DNA from: a virus
Lineage: Duplodnaviria; Caudoviricetes
Reading direction: 5' to 3' (one strand)
Virus record (IMG/VR): IMGVR_UViG_3300042110_000458
Span: 1-39,698 of that record
Length of the DNA: 39,698 bases
The notes under the pieces are model-generated. The model worked only from the letters and a program-made list of their open reading frames with translations. It was not told the origin of the DNA and did no database searches. A program made the position numbers and the translations under genes. Shown piece after piece: positions 1 through 9,253 of the stretch; positions within the stretch are counted from its first letter, which is position 1; every line of letters begins with the position of its first letter.

Positions 1-501
1 GGAAACCACGACACCTCCCTGGAGAAGGGCCTCATCACCCGTGACCTCATCGAACACCGAAAGATCCACCTCCTCATCAACGAGGAGATCATCATCGATG
101 GACTCCGCATCTGGGGCTCCCCCTTCTCCCCTCGCTACGGTGACTGGTCCTACATGAAGGACCGCGGAACCATCAATCGAATCTGGGACAACATCCCGGA
201 GGGACTCGACATCCTCATCACCCACGGTCCACCCTACGGAATCCTCGACGCCACCTACGACCACCACAACAAGGTGGAACTCGTCGGATGTTCCGCCCTC
301 CGGAAGAGGGTCGCCAAGGTCCCTCCCCGTTTCATGCTCTTCGGACACGTCCACTCCACCAAGGGCATCCGAAACGCCGGGACCCGAACCGTCAGCGAAC
401 TTCCCACCGTCTTCTCCAACGGTTCCTGCTGTGACGACGGGAAGATGGGAACCGTCACCAGCCACGGCAACATCCTGGAGATCCCATGCACGAGGGTCTA
501 A
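1..501 (+). CDS. Calcineurin-like metallophosphoesterase, 5'-truncated by the window edge
   Basis: Frame is open from base 1 (GNHD), then DILITHGPP and FGHVH; these are the metallophosphoesterase metal-binding motifs. Confidence 0.88.
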   Translation, partial: GNHDTSLEKGLITRDLIEHRKIHLLINEEIIIDGLRIWGSPFSPRYGDWSYMKDRGTINRIWDNIPEGLDILITHGPPYGILDATYDHHNKVELVGCSALRKRVAKVPPRFMLFGHVHSTKGIRNAGTRTVSELPTVFSNGSCCDDGKMGTVTSHGNILEIPCTRV

Positions 502-710
502 GACTCCAGTACCTCCCTCACGAGAACGAGGAACTCAAGGAACTCGTGGATGACCTCCTCATCCACATCAGGAACGCCCCGTGCCTCGTCTCCCACCCAG
601 GAGAGTTCACCTACGAGTGCAGGGTGGAGAAACCATGTCGAGTCTGTCGGTGGAGGAATGAGGTCGCAGTCCAACTTCGTGAGGACTGGAAGGTCAAGCT
701 TTTCGAATGA
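486..710 (+). CDS. Hypothetical protein, Cys-rich C-terminus
   Basis: ORF overlapping both neighbours, GC3-rich codons. Confidence 0.55.
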   Translation: MHEGLRLQYLPHENEELKELVDDLLIHIRNAPCLVSHPGEFTYECRVEKPCRVCRWRNEVAVQLREDWKVKLFE

Positions 711-946
711 AACCCGGTGACCTTGTCAGGATTGTCCACTCATCCGAGGCGAAAGTCGATGACGATATCCTCGGTCACACCGGAGTGATCGTCGAACCCG
801 TCACACTTGAGGACGGCCATCCCATCAACAGTTGGTGCGACTGGTGGGTCCTGATCGACGGTGAGATGCAACCCTGGGCGGAGGAGAACCTGCGACTTGT
901 GAACGACGACATCGATGGTTACGATAGAGACAAGGAGAACCAATGA
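707..946 (+). CDS. Small KOW/SH3-like hypothetical protein
   Basis: MKPGDLVRI...TGVIVE...WWVLIDG...EENLRLV pattern; ATGA coupling. Confidence 0.65.
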   Translation: MKPGDLVRIVHSSEAKVDDDILGHTGVIVEPVTLEDGHPINSWCDWWVLIDGEMQPWAEENLRLVNDDIDGYDRDKENQ

Positions 947-1335
947 GCCAAGAACAGATGATCGACCTCGCCTGCCGCGCTGTCGCATGCAAGGGCTGGA
1001 GGTGGATGCCAGGTACGCGTTGGTGGACGGAGGACGACCGTGGCCGTCTGGACGACTACCAGCCGGAATACATGGGCCGACCCGCCGAGGCTCTACCCGA
1101 CCTCACCGACCCCGCCACGCTGGGGTGCCTGCTCGCGCTGGTGCGGGAGGCGTGGGGTTGCGCCGTGATTACCTCGCCCGACTACGACGATGACGAAGAA
1201 GGGGCGCAGGGGCCGCTCGTCGGCTGGCGCGCTGTCGAGACGAAACGATGGGTGACGGTGGGGGATGGAGCGATGGAGGCCGAAGCCCTCGTCGCCGCGC
1301 TGGAGGCTGCGCCATCCCCAGAGGAGAACCCATGA
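943..1335 (+). CDS. Phage hypothetical protein
   Basis: AGGAG RBS, ATGA overlap; PDLTDPATLGCLLALVREAW and EAEALVAALEAA. Confidence 0.7.
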   Translation: MSQEQMIDLACRAVACKGWRWMPGTRWWTEDDRGRLDDYQPEYMGRPAEALPDLTDPATLGCLLALVREAWGCAVITSPDYDDDEEGAQGPLVGWRAVETKRWVTVGDGAMEAEALVAALEAAPSPEENP

Positions 1336-1505
1336 GAAACTGGGGACAGATCGACCTGGCTGACATTCGAGATGAGGACATCCAGGATCGTGACACGGCT
1401 ATCATCGAGCTCTGGGATGCGCTCTCCGAGGAGGATCGTGAGAATCCTGTTCTCGATAAGTATCGCCGGTTTGTAAACGAGAATCGCGGCCTGTATGGTT
1501 TGTAG
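1332..1505 (+). CDS. Hypothetical protein
   Basis: GAGGAG RBS before ATG 1332, coupled to upstream stop. Confidence 0.6.
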   Translation: MRNWGQIDLADIRDEDIQDRDTAIIELWDALSEEDRENPVLDKYRRFVNENRGLYGL

Positions 1506-1517
1506 GAAGGAGAACCC

Positions 1518-2225
1518 ATGAGCCAGGACATTGAGATCGATCCCGATTCCCGGACGATCAAGTATTACGAGAAGCCGACCGAGCAGTCTATCCGTGAGCA
1601 CATCGATGCCGGTGGGACGCTGCTCAACAACGAACAGGCAAGGGTCCTCCTCGATGAGATCGATCGTCTTCGAAAGGATTGTGAACACCACAAGCAGGCT
1701 GCCCTGGACATCAGCGATGAGAATGATCAGCTACGAAAGCTTGTTCCACCTGAGCCCGAGCGTGGTCCCGGGTTCGTTGGGCAGGGGTCCTGGTCGGTCT
1801 ACGCGGAGAAGGTGGTTGCCGAGAGGGACGAGGCACGGGATGATCTCAACACCCTCTGTGAGGACATTCGGGTCCTGAAGGAGGAGTATGATGACTTCAA
1901 GTCGGAAGCAGATGAACGCATCCAGGCGCTCATCAAGGACAACCGAGCTTTCGCTGATGACAATGCCGCTCTTGCCGATGACAATAGATGCCTGCACGAG
2001 AAGGTGAAGCGGCTCGAGGAGAGACTTGCGGCGAAGAAGGAGCACGCCAACTGCCACTACGGTGACAAGTTCGAGTTCAACGGGATCGACGGCTACGGAA
2101 ACTTCAGCCTGAGACGCGTTGACAAGGACCGCTGGGAGATCCAGATGCTCCACGAGAAGGTGACCCTCTACAACAGGAAGGGACACCGCGTCCGGGGTGA
2201 CCACAACTACGACGGAGACTGGTAG
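1518..2225 (+). CDS. Coiled-coil hypothetical protein
   Basis: AAGGAG RBS; long E/K/D-rich heptad region. Confidence 0.7.
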   Translation: MSQDIEIDPDSRTIKYYEKPTEQSIREHIDAGGTLLNNEQARVLLDEIDRLRKDCEHHKQAALDISDENDQLRKLVPPEPERGPGFVGQGSWSVYAEKVVAERDEARDDLNTLCEDIRVLKEEYDDFKSEADERIQALIKDNRAFADDNAALADDNRCLHEKVKRLEERLAAKKEHANCHYGDKFEFNGIDGYGNFSLRRVDKDRWEIQMLHEKVTLYNRKGHRVRGDHNYDGDW

Positions 2226-2255
2226 AGAAATAGTTGAAGTTTGTTTCCCAGAATG

Positions 2256-2288
2256 TGTCCTCCTGATCCAGAATGAATTAAAGGATCA
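2256..2288 (+). promoter_or_regulatory. Class A promoter motif TGTCC-N13-TGAATTA-AAGGATCA
   Basis: One of six copies with identical 13-nt spacer, followed by AAGGAGG RBS. Confidence 0.75.
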
Positions 2289-2304
2289 TATCAAGGAGGC
2301 AACC

Positions 2305-2568
2305 ATGACGAACTGGACGACCAACGCGAGCGGCAACCAGATCTTCACCCACGAGGGCTGGGAGGTCCAGATCTGGGGACCCGAGTGGCCCAACAGCCGG
2401 ATCACGGTGGAGTCTCCCCACAGCGGGGAGGAGGTTGAGGTCTGGCCGGAGGGCATCTGGGTCCATGGGTTCTCCTCCGGCGGGTGGGAGGGTGACAGTC
2501 CCAATGCCTTCGTCATCCCCTGGCCCGTCATTGCCGCCATCATCGAGGCCCGAAGAATCGTCGGTTGA
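2305..2568 (+). CDS. Hypothetical protein, Trp-rich
   Basis: AAGGAGG RBS, first gene after class A motif. Confidence 0.7.
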   Translation: MTNWTTNASGNQIFTHEGWEVQIWGPEWPNSRITVESPHSGEEVEVWPEGIWVHGFSSGGWEGDSPNAFVIPWPVIAAIIEARRIVG

Positions 2569-2607
2569 ACACTTCTTCCCCTCCAATACCATTCACATGG
2601 GACGCCA

Positions 2608-3009
2608 ATGAACAGCAACGACATCCTCTCCAGCGTCATCAACCAGCCCATCCTCGCCATCGAGGGTCTCAAGAAGAGGAGTGAGAGGATCGTCTTCCGG
2701 ATGATGACCGGTAACCTCATCCTCGAGCACCAGCAGGACTGCTGCGAGCACGTTGCCGTGGAGGACCTCGAGGGAGACGCCGAGGATCTCGTCGGTCAGG
2801 TCCTCCTCCACGCCGAGGAGGTCGTCAACGGCAAGGAAGCGGGACAGTCAGGTGAAGTTGACGACTACTCCGAGTCCTTCACCTGGACCTTCTACAAGTT
2901 CCGGACCACCGGCGGAGACCTCTGGGTCCGCTGGCTCGGTGAGTCCAACGGCTACTACAGCGAACGGGTCACGGTGACCTGGGAGCCCCTTGACGACATG
3001 GAGAACTAG
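2608..3009 (+). CDS. Conserved phage protein (HxQDCCE / SNGYYSE family)
   Basis: HQQDCCEHV, TWTFYKFRT and VRWLGESNGYYSE motifs typical of a widespread phage family of unknown function. Confidence 0.8.
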   Translation: MNSNDILSSVINQPILAIEGLKKRSERIVFRMMTGNLILEHQQDCCEHVAVEDLEGDAEDLVGQVLLHAEEVVNGKEAGQSGEVDDYSESFTWTFYKFRTTGGDLWVRWLGESNGYYSERVTVTWEPLDDMEN

Positions 3010-3010
3010 A

Positions 3011-3352
3011 ATGCGATACGTTCCGATGAACGCAGTAGGAATCGAGCTCAATGATGCCGTTGCCGAGACTCTCGGCATCACCGATCTCTGGGAAGCCTGG
3101 GATGGCTGGGAGGACGACGAAGACATCCTCGGAACACTTGCGGAGAATTACAGCGTCAATCCCTGGCGACTGAAGAAGTTTCGTGAGGAGAAGGGCGGGG
3201 AGACCACTGGGATCAGCGGTTTCGAGGACAATGTCGTCTACATTCTTTTCGACACGGACGACACCCGTGACCCCAACTGGGTCGAGTTCTCCAAGAAGTG
3301 TGCTGAGGCCGGAAGCGAATCCGTCGAGGGATCGTGGGCGCAGCTGATGTGA
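3011..3352 (+). CDS. Acidic hypothetical protein
   Basis: ORF filling the gap in the + strand operon. Confidence 0.6.
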   Translation: MRYVPMNAVGIELNDAVAETLGITDLWEAWDGWEDDEDILGTLAENYSVNPWRLKKFREEKGGETTGISGFEDNVVYILFDTDDTRDPNWVEFSKKCAEAGSESVEGSWAQLM

Positions 3353-3699
3353 AGTGGTGGGTCTACGTGCTCCGCTCCCACACGGGTCGGACTTACGTGG
3401 GCTCGACAACCGACCCTCCCAGGCGTCTTCGTCAACACAACGGAGAGATTCGAGGCGGTGCAAAGTGCACGAGGGGAGGTCGTCCCTGGGAGCTTGTCAA
3501 AGTCTATGGTCCGTACTCTGGTCGATCGGAGGGCCTGCGAGCAGAGCTGTCCCTGAAGCGGGGGAAGCGGGGGACAGGGAGAATCTCGTGGTCTTCCTCT
3601 GACTCTACGTGGTACCGCGAGTGCTCAGAGTCCGTTGCTTTCACCCAGCAAAATGTTGAAGAAAATGTGACGGATACCTGTCCACAGGGAGAGAAGTGA
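3349..3699 (+). CDS. GIY-YIG nuclease, SLX1-like
   Basis: VYVLRS...[27 protein letters not shown]; GTG start overlapping upstream stop. Confidence 0.88.
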   Translation: MKWWVYVLRSHTGRTYVGSTTDPPRRLRQHNGEIRGGAKCTRGGRPWELVKVYGPYSGRSEGLRAELSLKRGKRGTGRISWSSSDSTWYRECSESVAFTQQNVEENVTDTCPQGEK

Positions 3700-3711
3700 A
3701 TTACTAGATCA
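3679..3711 (+). promoter_or_regulatory. Class A promoter motif
   Basis: TGTCC(3679)-N13-TGAATTA(3697)-CTAGATCA, then GAGGTG RBS. Confidence 0.7.
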
Positions 3712-3721
3712 TACGAGGTGG

Positions 3722-4024
3722 ATGGAAATGGACAACTCCCCTGAGACCATTGAACTCCGGCGCAAGTACGCGGCTCTTCGCAATGAGGCGGTCCGCTGGG
3801 GTGACAAGGCGGACGACTTCACCGCCTACACGATCACCAAGGTGATGGAGAGGGCGCAGGTGCAGCCCACCGGCCCGAAGGACTACGTGGAGTTTGCCGG
3901 CTACCGAGTCCACCGCTTCCGCGGACGTCGCTGCTGTCCCAAGGCGACCTGGATCCAATGCGCCTGCCACGAGGCCTTCACCTGCCCCGAACACGGCGAG
4001 AAGCACATCGGCACCCATGACTGA
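3722..4024 (+). CDS. Hypothetical protein with Cys/His-rich (Zn-binding?) C-terminus
   Basis: CC...CxC...CPEHG...GTHD. Confidence 0.65.
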   Translation: MEMDNSPETIELRRKYAALRNEAVRWGDKADDFTAYTITKVMERAQVQPTGPKDYVEFAGYRVHRFRGRRCCPKATWIQCACHEAFTCPEHGEKHIGTHD

Positions 4025-4211
4025 GGAGAACACCGTGAAGAACGCAATCATCCACGCCTACGAGAGGCTCGACTACCACACCCACGGGGCGGCTGAGATG
4101 CTCCTCGTCGGTGTGGTCGGTGCGGCCCTCGCAATCTCCCTCTACTTCGTCCTCGCTGGAGCTTTCTACGGTTACCTCCAGATCTTTGTCCTTCTCACCG
4201 GAGCATTCTGA
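4017..4211 (+). CDS. Small membrane protein
   Basis: Long hydrophobic C-terminal half; start uncertain. Confidence 0.55.
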   Translation: MTEENTVKNAIIHAYERLDYHTHGAAEMLLVGVVGAALAISLYFVLAGAFYGYLQIFVLLTGAF

Positions 4212-4489
4212 TGCGCAGCTTCCTCGATGATCGCAACTTCTTCCTCCAGATGGTCACCATCATCATCGCAGTCCCCGTCTTCGGCATCTTGATCTCCTCC
4301 TGCGGCGGTCCTGAGACACCCGAGGAGAAGGTGGAGGTGGACATGCAGTACGCCGAGAAGATCAAGTCGGAAATCGTAGTCTTCAGCCCGAGGCCCGGCG
4401 TGGAGTGCTACGTGCTTCGAGGATACAGCTCTACCAACCCGCGCCTCATGTCCTGCGTCGGTACGGTCCCGATCACGATGGGTCAGTGA
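4211..4489 (+). CDS. Putative lipoprotein / membrane-anchored protein
   Basis: Hydrophobic N-terminus ending ISSC. Confidence 0.55.
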   Translation: MRSFLDDRNFFLQMVTIIIAVPVFGILISSCGGPETPEEKVEVDMQYAEKIKSEIVVFSPRPGVECYVLRGYSSTNPRLMSCVGTVPITMGQ

Positions 4490-4560
4490 TGGACGTGATC
4501 TTTCTCGGCGTTGCCTCCGTGGTTGTCGTCCCTCTTCTCGCCTATGTCCTGCTTCGATAA
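4489..4560 (+). CDS. 23-aa hydrophobic peptide (MDVIFLGVASVVVVPLLAYVLLR)
   Basis: TGATG coupling; fills the gap exactly up to the next RBS. Confidence 0.4.
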   Translation: MDVIFLGVASVVVVPLLAYVLLR

Positions 4561-4572
4561 GGAGAACCGCAA

Positions 4573-4827
4573 GTGACTGCTCTCATCCTCGCTCTCCTCG
4601 CCTGCACTGACAACCAGCGCGCCAAGGTCTTCGGCGGCAGCATGTCGGTGCTGGTCCCTTGTGACCAGCAGGTCTTTGACGTAACGTGGAAGGGAGAAGA
4701 CCTCTGGTACGCAACACAGCCTCCACCCAGTGGGTGGACGCCCCAAGTGAAGAGGTTCTTGGAATACTCTTCTTACGGCATGATCCAGGGTGAAGTTGTC
4801 CTGACCGAGAGCCGGTGCGGTAGCTGA
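4573..4827 (+). CDS. Small lipoprotein
   Basis: AAGGAG RBS; LLAC lipobox followed by TDNQRAKVFGG. Confidence 0.7.
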   Translation: MTALILALLACTDNQRAKVFGGSMSVLVPCDQQVFDVTWKGEDLWYATQPPPSGWTPQVKRFLEYSSYGMIQGEVVLTESRCGS

Positions 4828-5243
4828 TGGGAACCAACTACTACAGCGTGAAGAAGGGAATGGAGAAGCTCGACTCCGAGTCCTTCTGGGGTGCCCGTGG
4901 AACCGAGGACATCCTCCACATCGGGAAGTCATCCGGCGGCTGGTGCTTCTCCCTCCACATCATCCCGGAGTTCAACATCCATGACCTTCCCGGGTGGGTT
5001 CCCTACCTCCTCGATCAGGACCGCCTCATCATCAACGAGTACCGCGAGGTGATCACCTACGAGGAGATGATCTCCATCATCACGGATCGGAGGAGCAATC
5101 GCACTTGTACATGGGACCAGGAGATGTACGATAAGAACTACGCCGAACCTGGTCCCAATAACCTTGCCCGTCACTCGATGGGTCGAGGATGCGTGAGGCA
5201 GGGTGAAGGAACCTGGGACTGCATCGAAGGAGAGTTCTCGTGA
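4827..5243 (+). CDS. Conserved phage hypothetical protein
   Basis: MGTNYY...LHIGKSSGGWCF motif; C-terminal GEFS. Confidence 0.75.
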   Translation: MGTNYYSVKKGMEKLDSESFWGARGTEDILHIGKSSGGWCFSLHIIPEFNIHDLPGWVPYLLDQDRLIINEYREVITYEEMISIITDRRSNRTCTWDQEMYDKNYAEPGPNNLARHSMGRGCVRQGEGTWDCIEGEFS

Positions 5244-5527
5244 GTGAAAAGAATCTCGGACGACACAGCGTGATGGTCGACGTCAACGGCGTTCCCGTAA
5301 AGACGGGGCAGTCCTGTCGATTCTGGGCCGGGACTCGCAATGAATGGACCGAAGGCACTGTCCGGAATGTACGCACGATGTCCTACTACAACTCTCAGGA
5401 GCTTCGTCAGGACGTCTGGGAAGCCCTGGTCGACAACGGCGACCCCAAGAATCCCGACCCTTGGTCGAACGGATTCAGGGTCACAGCATGGGTGGAATCT
5501 CACATGATCGAGGTGAAGAATGATTGA
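5240..5527 (+). CDS. Hypothetical protein
   Basis: GTGA coupling. Confidence 0.6.
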   Translation: MSEKNLGRHSVMVDVNGVPVKTGQSCRFWAGTRNEWTEGTVRNVRTMSYYNSQELRQDVWEALVDNGDPKNPDPWSNGFRVTAWVESHMIEVKND

Positions 5528-5702
5528 TCGAAACGAAGTCGGACTCCTTGACTGCCTGAAGCATGAGCTCGATATCCCGACTCGGCTCCGGTGGCTTCCC
5601 CACAACCTCATTGCGCACCCGCTCATGGCCGTCCTCCCCCGTTCCTGGGGTGAGCGGCTGCACGACATCACCCTTCCCGAGGACCCTCCCGATGAGCGAT
5701 AG
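5520..5702 (+). CDS. Hypothetical protein
   Basis: HNLIAHPL...LHD motif; overlap coupling. Confidence 0.6.
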   Translation: MIDRNEVGLLDCLKHELDIPTRLRWLPHNLIAHPLMAVLPRSWGERLHDITLPEDPPDER

Positions 5703-5982
5703 CCTCACCATTCACGAGTCTCGTTTCGAGGAGTTCGCGATGCGAGTCATGGAGAGCCTCCTCGACACCGGGGTCATTCAGCTCCAGCCTACAATCATCG
5801 GTGACAGCATCCGAAGCTCGGACGATGAACTCATCGACCACGGGGTGGCGGTCATCAAGCAGCTCCTCCACTTCCAGAAGTACACTCACGACAACTGGGA
5901 GTGGGATCAGGAAGAGACTCACCGTCGATTCCGTGTGGACGTTCCTGAGAGCCTGCCCCGTGACGGCTCGGCCGCAATCTGA
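5692..5982 (+). CDS. Hypothetical protein
   Basis: ORF in operon, ATG 5692. Confidence 0.55.
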   Translation: MSDSLTIHESRFEEFAMRVMESLLDTGVIQLQPTIIGDSIRSSDDELIDHGVAVIKQLLHFQKYTHDNWEWDQEETHRRFRVDVPESLPRDGSAAI

Positions 5983-5990
5983 GGTGAACA

Positions 5991-6482
5991 ATGGGCTGTG
6001 ACATTCATCCCTACTGGGAAGCCAAGGACCCCGAGGGTAACTGGCACATGATCGATGACGTCGACTGTGGACGCAGTTATGCCTGGTTCGGTGTGGCAGC
6101 CGGCGTTCGACATGAGAGCGAGATCTCCAGGGAACCGAAGGGAATGCCGCACGACCCATCCTGGGCTTGGGAGTACCTCTGTGAGAGATGGGGACCTGAC
6201 TTCCATCACAAGTCCTGGTTCACCCCCCAGGAGCTCCGAGATGTCAATCGTGACTGGTGCCAGAAGAGCTTCGAACAGTGGCCAGATGAGTTTCCCAATG
6301 GTCCCGACCTCACCGAGGAGTTCATCAAGTGCATCGGTCCCGACCACGTCATCACGGGAATCCTCATCCCTGACACCGGTGGTCGTCTCAAGAGGCAGCC
6401 CTTCGCCGGCACCCTTGCAGAGTTCGTGGGCTCCAGTGACATCGAAGACAAGGTCCGCCTCGTCTTTGCCTTCGACAACTGA
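5991..6482 (+). CDS. Conserved phage protein (MGCDIH family)
   Basis: MGCDIH...RSY.WFG..AGVR...PKG.P.D.S...SW.T..EL...RLVF.FDN. Confidence 0.8.
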   Translation: MGCDIHPYWEAKDPEGNWHMIDDVDCGRSYAWFGVAAGVRHESEISREPKGMPHDPSWAWEYLCERWGPDFHHKSWFTPQELRDVNRDWCQKSFEQWPDEFPNGPDLTEEFIKCIGPDHVITGILIPDTGGRLKRQPFAGTLAEFVGSSDIEDKVRLVFAFDN

Positions 6483-6835
6483 TGGGACGCCTACCCTGGT
6501 GGGGAATGCCGGGTCTCATGGAGGGACGACTTCCGAAGCCTGTCTACCTCCGGATCCCAAAGGGCACCATCATCATGGCCCGCCCTCCCAAGAGAAAGTA
6601 CGGCGGGAAGAGGTTCATCTCTCCCGGTGCCATCGTCTGGAGCTTAAGCAACCAAAGGGCAGAGCATGACGTCCTCGGGTGGGGAACCCTGGGCGTCTAC
6701 CTCGGGAGGAAGGGGCCGGAGATTCGAGTCCTCGTGGAGGGAAGGGTGATGCTCTCCTGGGCCAATCGCTGGGTCGTCGTGGACCCTTCAAAGAATGTGA
6801 GAAAAGTTTCCCACAGGGGTGTCTTCCTGCCCTGA
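6482..6835 (+). CDS. Hypothetical protein, possible SH3-like C-terminal part
   Basis: ISPGAIVW...LGVYLG...IRVLVEG; start uncertain. Confidence 0.5.
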   Translation: MGRLPWWGMPGLMEGRLPKPVYLRIPKGTIIMARPPKRKYGGKRFISPGAIVWSLSNQRAEHDVLGWGTLGVYLGRKGPEIRVLVEGRVMLSWANRWVVVDPSKNVRKVSHRGVFLP

Positions 6836-6852
6836 AGTGAATTAAAGGATCA
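6820..6852 (+). promoter_or_regulatory. Class A promoter motif
   Basis: TGTCT(6820)-N13-TGAATTA(6838)-AAGGATCA, then AGGAGG. Confidence 0.75.
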
Positions 6853-6867
6853 TATCAGGAGGGAAAC

Positions 6868-7263
6868 TTGGACAGGGAAATCGCCATCGTCAAGACGGCA
6901 ACCACAGGTCGAAACATCCGCGAGGAGATGGTGATCGTCCTCGAGGAGACCCCGGACGGCTGGATCAGTGGGTACCCTCACAACCACTCAGCCGGAGTCG
7001 CCTTTGACGCGATGGTCGGCTACTGGTACTCCCCGTCGAACATCGTCCAGCGAAATGTCATGCCGTACGGCGACACCAAGTTCGACTACAACGAGATTCC
7101 TCCCGGCACCCTGGTCGCCATCGGACATGGATCCCGCAAGGTCTTCGGCCTCGTCCTCGAGAGGAAGGGAGCCAAGTACGAGGTGATGTTGGGTGACGTC
7201 CAGAAGAAGTTCGACTGGCAGCACATCCGTCCCTTCAATGCCGCAATTGACAACGTTCCCTGA
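6868..7263 (+). CDS. Hypothetical protein, paralog of 9243..9641
   Basis: Shared DGW.xG, WYSP, DYN.I.PGTLV and ER.GA.Y motifs. Confidence 0.7.
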   Translation: MDREIAIVKTATTGRNIREEMVIVLEETPDGWISGYPHNHSAGVAFDAMVGYWYSPSNIVQRNVMPYGDTKFDYNEIPPGTLVAIGHGSRKVFGLVLERKGAKYEVMLGDVQKKFDWQHIRPFNAAIDNVP

Positions 7264-7269
7264 GGTCCC

Positions 7270-7431
7270 ATGCTCATCAAACTGTTCCTTCTCCTTCACA
7301 CGCGAGTGGTGATTCCCGAGCCACAGGTGGAGGTCGTCGCTTCCGAGATCGAGGCCATCTGGGTGCCGGAAGGCGCCGATGCTCCTTTCGTGGCGATCCC
7401 CCTCAGCGAAAACTGCTTCCAGGAGGAGTAG
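7270..7431 (+). CDS. Small hypothetical protein (53 aa)
   Basis: GAGG RBS, ATG 7270 to TAG 7431 fills the gap. Confidence 0.45.
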   Translation: MLIKLFLLLHTRVVIPEPQVEVVASEIEAIWVPEGADAPFVAIPLSENCFQEE

Positions 7432-7432
7432 C

Positions 7433-7813
7433 GTGTCGACCCACTCCACCATCGGATACGAGCTTCCCGGTGGCTCCTATGCAGGTGTCTACTGTCACTA
7501 CGACGGCTATCCCGAACACATCGTCCCAGTCCTCCTCAAGCTGGGGCACGACGGTGTGATGATGGCAGTGGAGAAGGCACTCCTGGAGGGTGGTTTCCGC
7601 GTATTCGACGAGGACGAGATGGAGACATTCGTGGAAAAACACGGCGAGTCAGAAGCGACCACACGCTCCCACCATCTCCAGGCTGAGTGGCCCTGCACGA
7701 GTGAGGTGTACAACTACATCATCCGCCTCGACGGCTCGGTGGAGTGCGTGAGCTACGCTGGGGAACCTGTCGACATCAGCCAGTACGTCAAAAAGTTTCA
7801 AGAAAGTGCCTGA
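7433..7813 (+). CDS. Conserved phage protein (YCHxDGY family)
   Basis: ST.S.IG...VYCHYDGYPE motif; AGGAGG RBS before GTG. Confidence 0.75.
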   Translation: MSTHSTIGYELPGGSYAGVYCHYDGYPEHIVPVLLKLGHDGVMMAVEKALLEGGFRVFDEDEMETFVEKHGESEATTRSHHLQAEWPCTSEVYNYIIRLDGSVECVSYAGEPVDISQYVKKFQESA

Positions 7814-7818
7814 AAAGG

Positions 7819-7851
7819 TGTTCTCCGTTCACCCAGTGAATTAAAGGATCA
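7819..7851 (+). promoter_or_regulatory. Class A promoter motif
   Basis: TGTTC(7819)-N13-TGAATTA(7837)-AAGGATCA-AAGGAGG. Confidence 0.75.
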
Positions 7852-7867
7852 AAGGAGGAAGGAAACA

Positions 7868-8155
7868 ATGGCAAACTCGGATCTTCACTTCACGGTTCGC
7901 AACTTCACCCGCTACGCGGAGGACAACCGGGTCGACGTCCTCGGTCTCTTCCGGGACGAGTACCGCAAGCGCCGGAGCCTCATGGTGGAGCGTGGCTACG
8001 GTGACACGAAGTCCCTGGACCTCGAGGCCTCGGAGCGGGCACTCGATGCCTACGGTCCCAAGCCCACCGAGAAGCTCCTCGAGGCCGCCTGGTGGGTCAA
8101 CGGTCTTGGGCTTGCCCAGGCCGAGCACGAGTACCGCGACAGCCGGCTTTCCTGA
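7868..8155 (+). CDS. Hypothetical protein
   Basis: Strong RBS directly after class A motif. Confidence 0.7.
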   Translation: MANSDLHFTVRNFTRYAEDNRVDVLGLFRDEYRKRRSLMVERGYGDTKSLDLEASERALDAYGPKPTEKLLEAAWWVNGLGLAQAEHEYRDSRLS

Positions 8156-8178
8156 ACCCCCAACAAGGAGTCCTGAAC

Positions 8179-8475
8179 ATGACCATCTACATCGTCTCAA
8201 TGTCCACCACCCAGGGTCCCTACGGTCCGAGCGTCGAGATGTCCTACCATCGAGACCTCGCGGAGGCGGATGCAGCATTCTTCGAGTGCCAGCAGAACCT
8301 CACCGATGACCCCTCCACGATCCTCCTCATCAAGCTCGACGGGGAGACCATGACCGAGACGGTCCTCAACTCCTTCGAGGGGACCGACGAGGACTACGAC
8401 GATCAGTACGCACAGGACCGTGAGGACGAAGGGGAAGATTGGGTTGTCGAGGGTCGCTCCGAGGGGGGTGAGTGA
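8179..8475 (+). CDS. Acidic hypothetical protein
   Basis: AAGGAG RBS; D/E-rich tail. Confidence 0.65.
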   Translation: MTIYIVSMSTTQGPYGPSVEMSYHRDLAEADAAFFECQQNLTDDPSTILLIKLDGETMTETVLNSFEGTDEDYDDQYAQDREDEGEDWVVEGRSEGGE

Positions 8476-8777
8476 TGGCGAAGAAGAAGAAGATCGCCAA
8501 TCCCGTTTCCTACCTCCTCATCAAGGACGAGCACGGATTCAAGATCCATCACCCCGAGTACGGTCCCTGTCTCCTGACAAACTACGACGGCGAGATCATC
8601 GAGAACGTCTACTTCGAGAGCGCAATTGTCGGTGACCATCCGAGCCGCGGTAGCGTTGAGGTCTGGGGTGAGGGTGACTCTGTCAAGAGCGCAATCGAGG
8701 ACCTGAAGATGGACGGTTACAAGACGACCGAGATCAAGAAAATGAGACTTCGAGTCGAGAAGGTCGCAACTTTTTAG
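8472..8777 (+). CDS. Hypothetical protein
   Basis: Coupled start, phage-like codon use. Confidence 0.65.
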   Translation: MMAKKKKIANPVSYLLIKDEHGFKIHHPEYGPCLLTNYDGEIIENVYFESAIVGDHPSRGSVEVWGEGDSVKSAIEDLKMDGYKTTEIKKMRLRVEKVATF

Positions 8778-8786
8778 GGAGGGTGA

Positions 8787-9017
8787 ATGAGCTGGTTCAA
8801 GAAGGGTGACATTGTGCGAGTCAATGGGAAGCCTGCCATCGTGGACAGCGATGTCTACACGAAAATCGTATACGACGACTACGACCACGAGATCATGCGG
8901 GGCGGAGGTGAGGGTGGTTCGGCGGTAACCTGCGTGAACGTGATCTTCCCAGACACCGGGATCAAGTGGACAGTGAGGACAATCAACGTGCTTTGCGTTG
9001 GACGTGAGTTCCCCTGA
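8787..9017 (+). CDS. Small KOW/SH3-like hypothetical protein
   Basis: FKKGDIVRV; GGAGG RBS. Confidence 0.65.
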   Translation: MSWFKKGDIVRVNGKPAIVDSDVYTKIVYDDYDHEIMRGGGEGGSAVTCVNVIFPDTGIKWTVRTINVLCVGREFP

Positions 9018-9253
9018 TGGCTGAGCTCATCCTCGAAGTGCAGCCGGTGCCCAACCCGACCCTCCTCAGGGTGAGGGCAATCTGGTCGCCTGGGGGTGAC
9101 CAGGCGACATGGGCGACTCTACACTGGACAGTCGTACCTCGAGAGTTCTGGCCCGAGGGTTGGCTCCCGCCGGAAGATTTTCGTTGGCAGCGGGGTGACT
9201 ACTTCCCACGCGCAATGAACCCATTCTCCCAGGGAAAGAAGAATGTTCGGTAA
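9017..9253 (+). CDS. Hypothetical protein, Trp/Pro-rich
   Basis: TGATG coupling. Confidence 0.5.
   Translation: MAELILEVQPVPNPTLLRVRAIWSPGGDQATWATLHWTVVPREFWPEGWLPPEDFRWQRGDYFPRAMNPFSQGKKNVR

Noticed and set aside
3349-3699. GIY-YIG as a homing endonuclease or mobile intron
   Set aside because: Short SLX1-type sequence ([13 protein letters not shown]) without DNA-binding tail and not interrupting a gene
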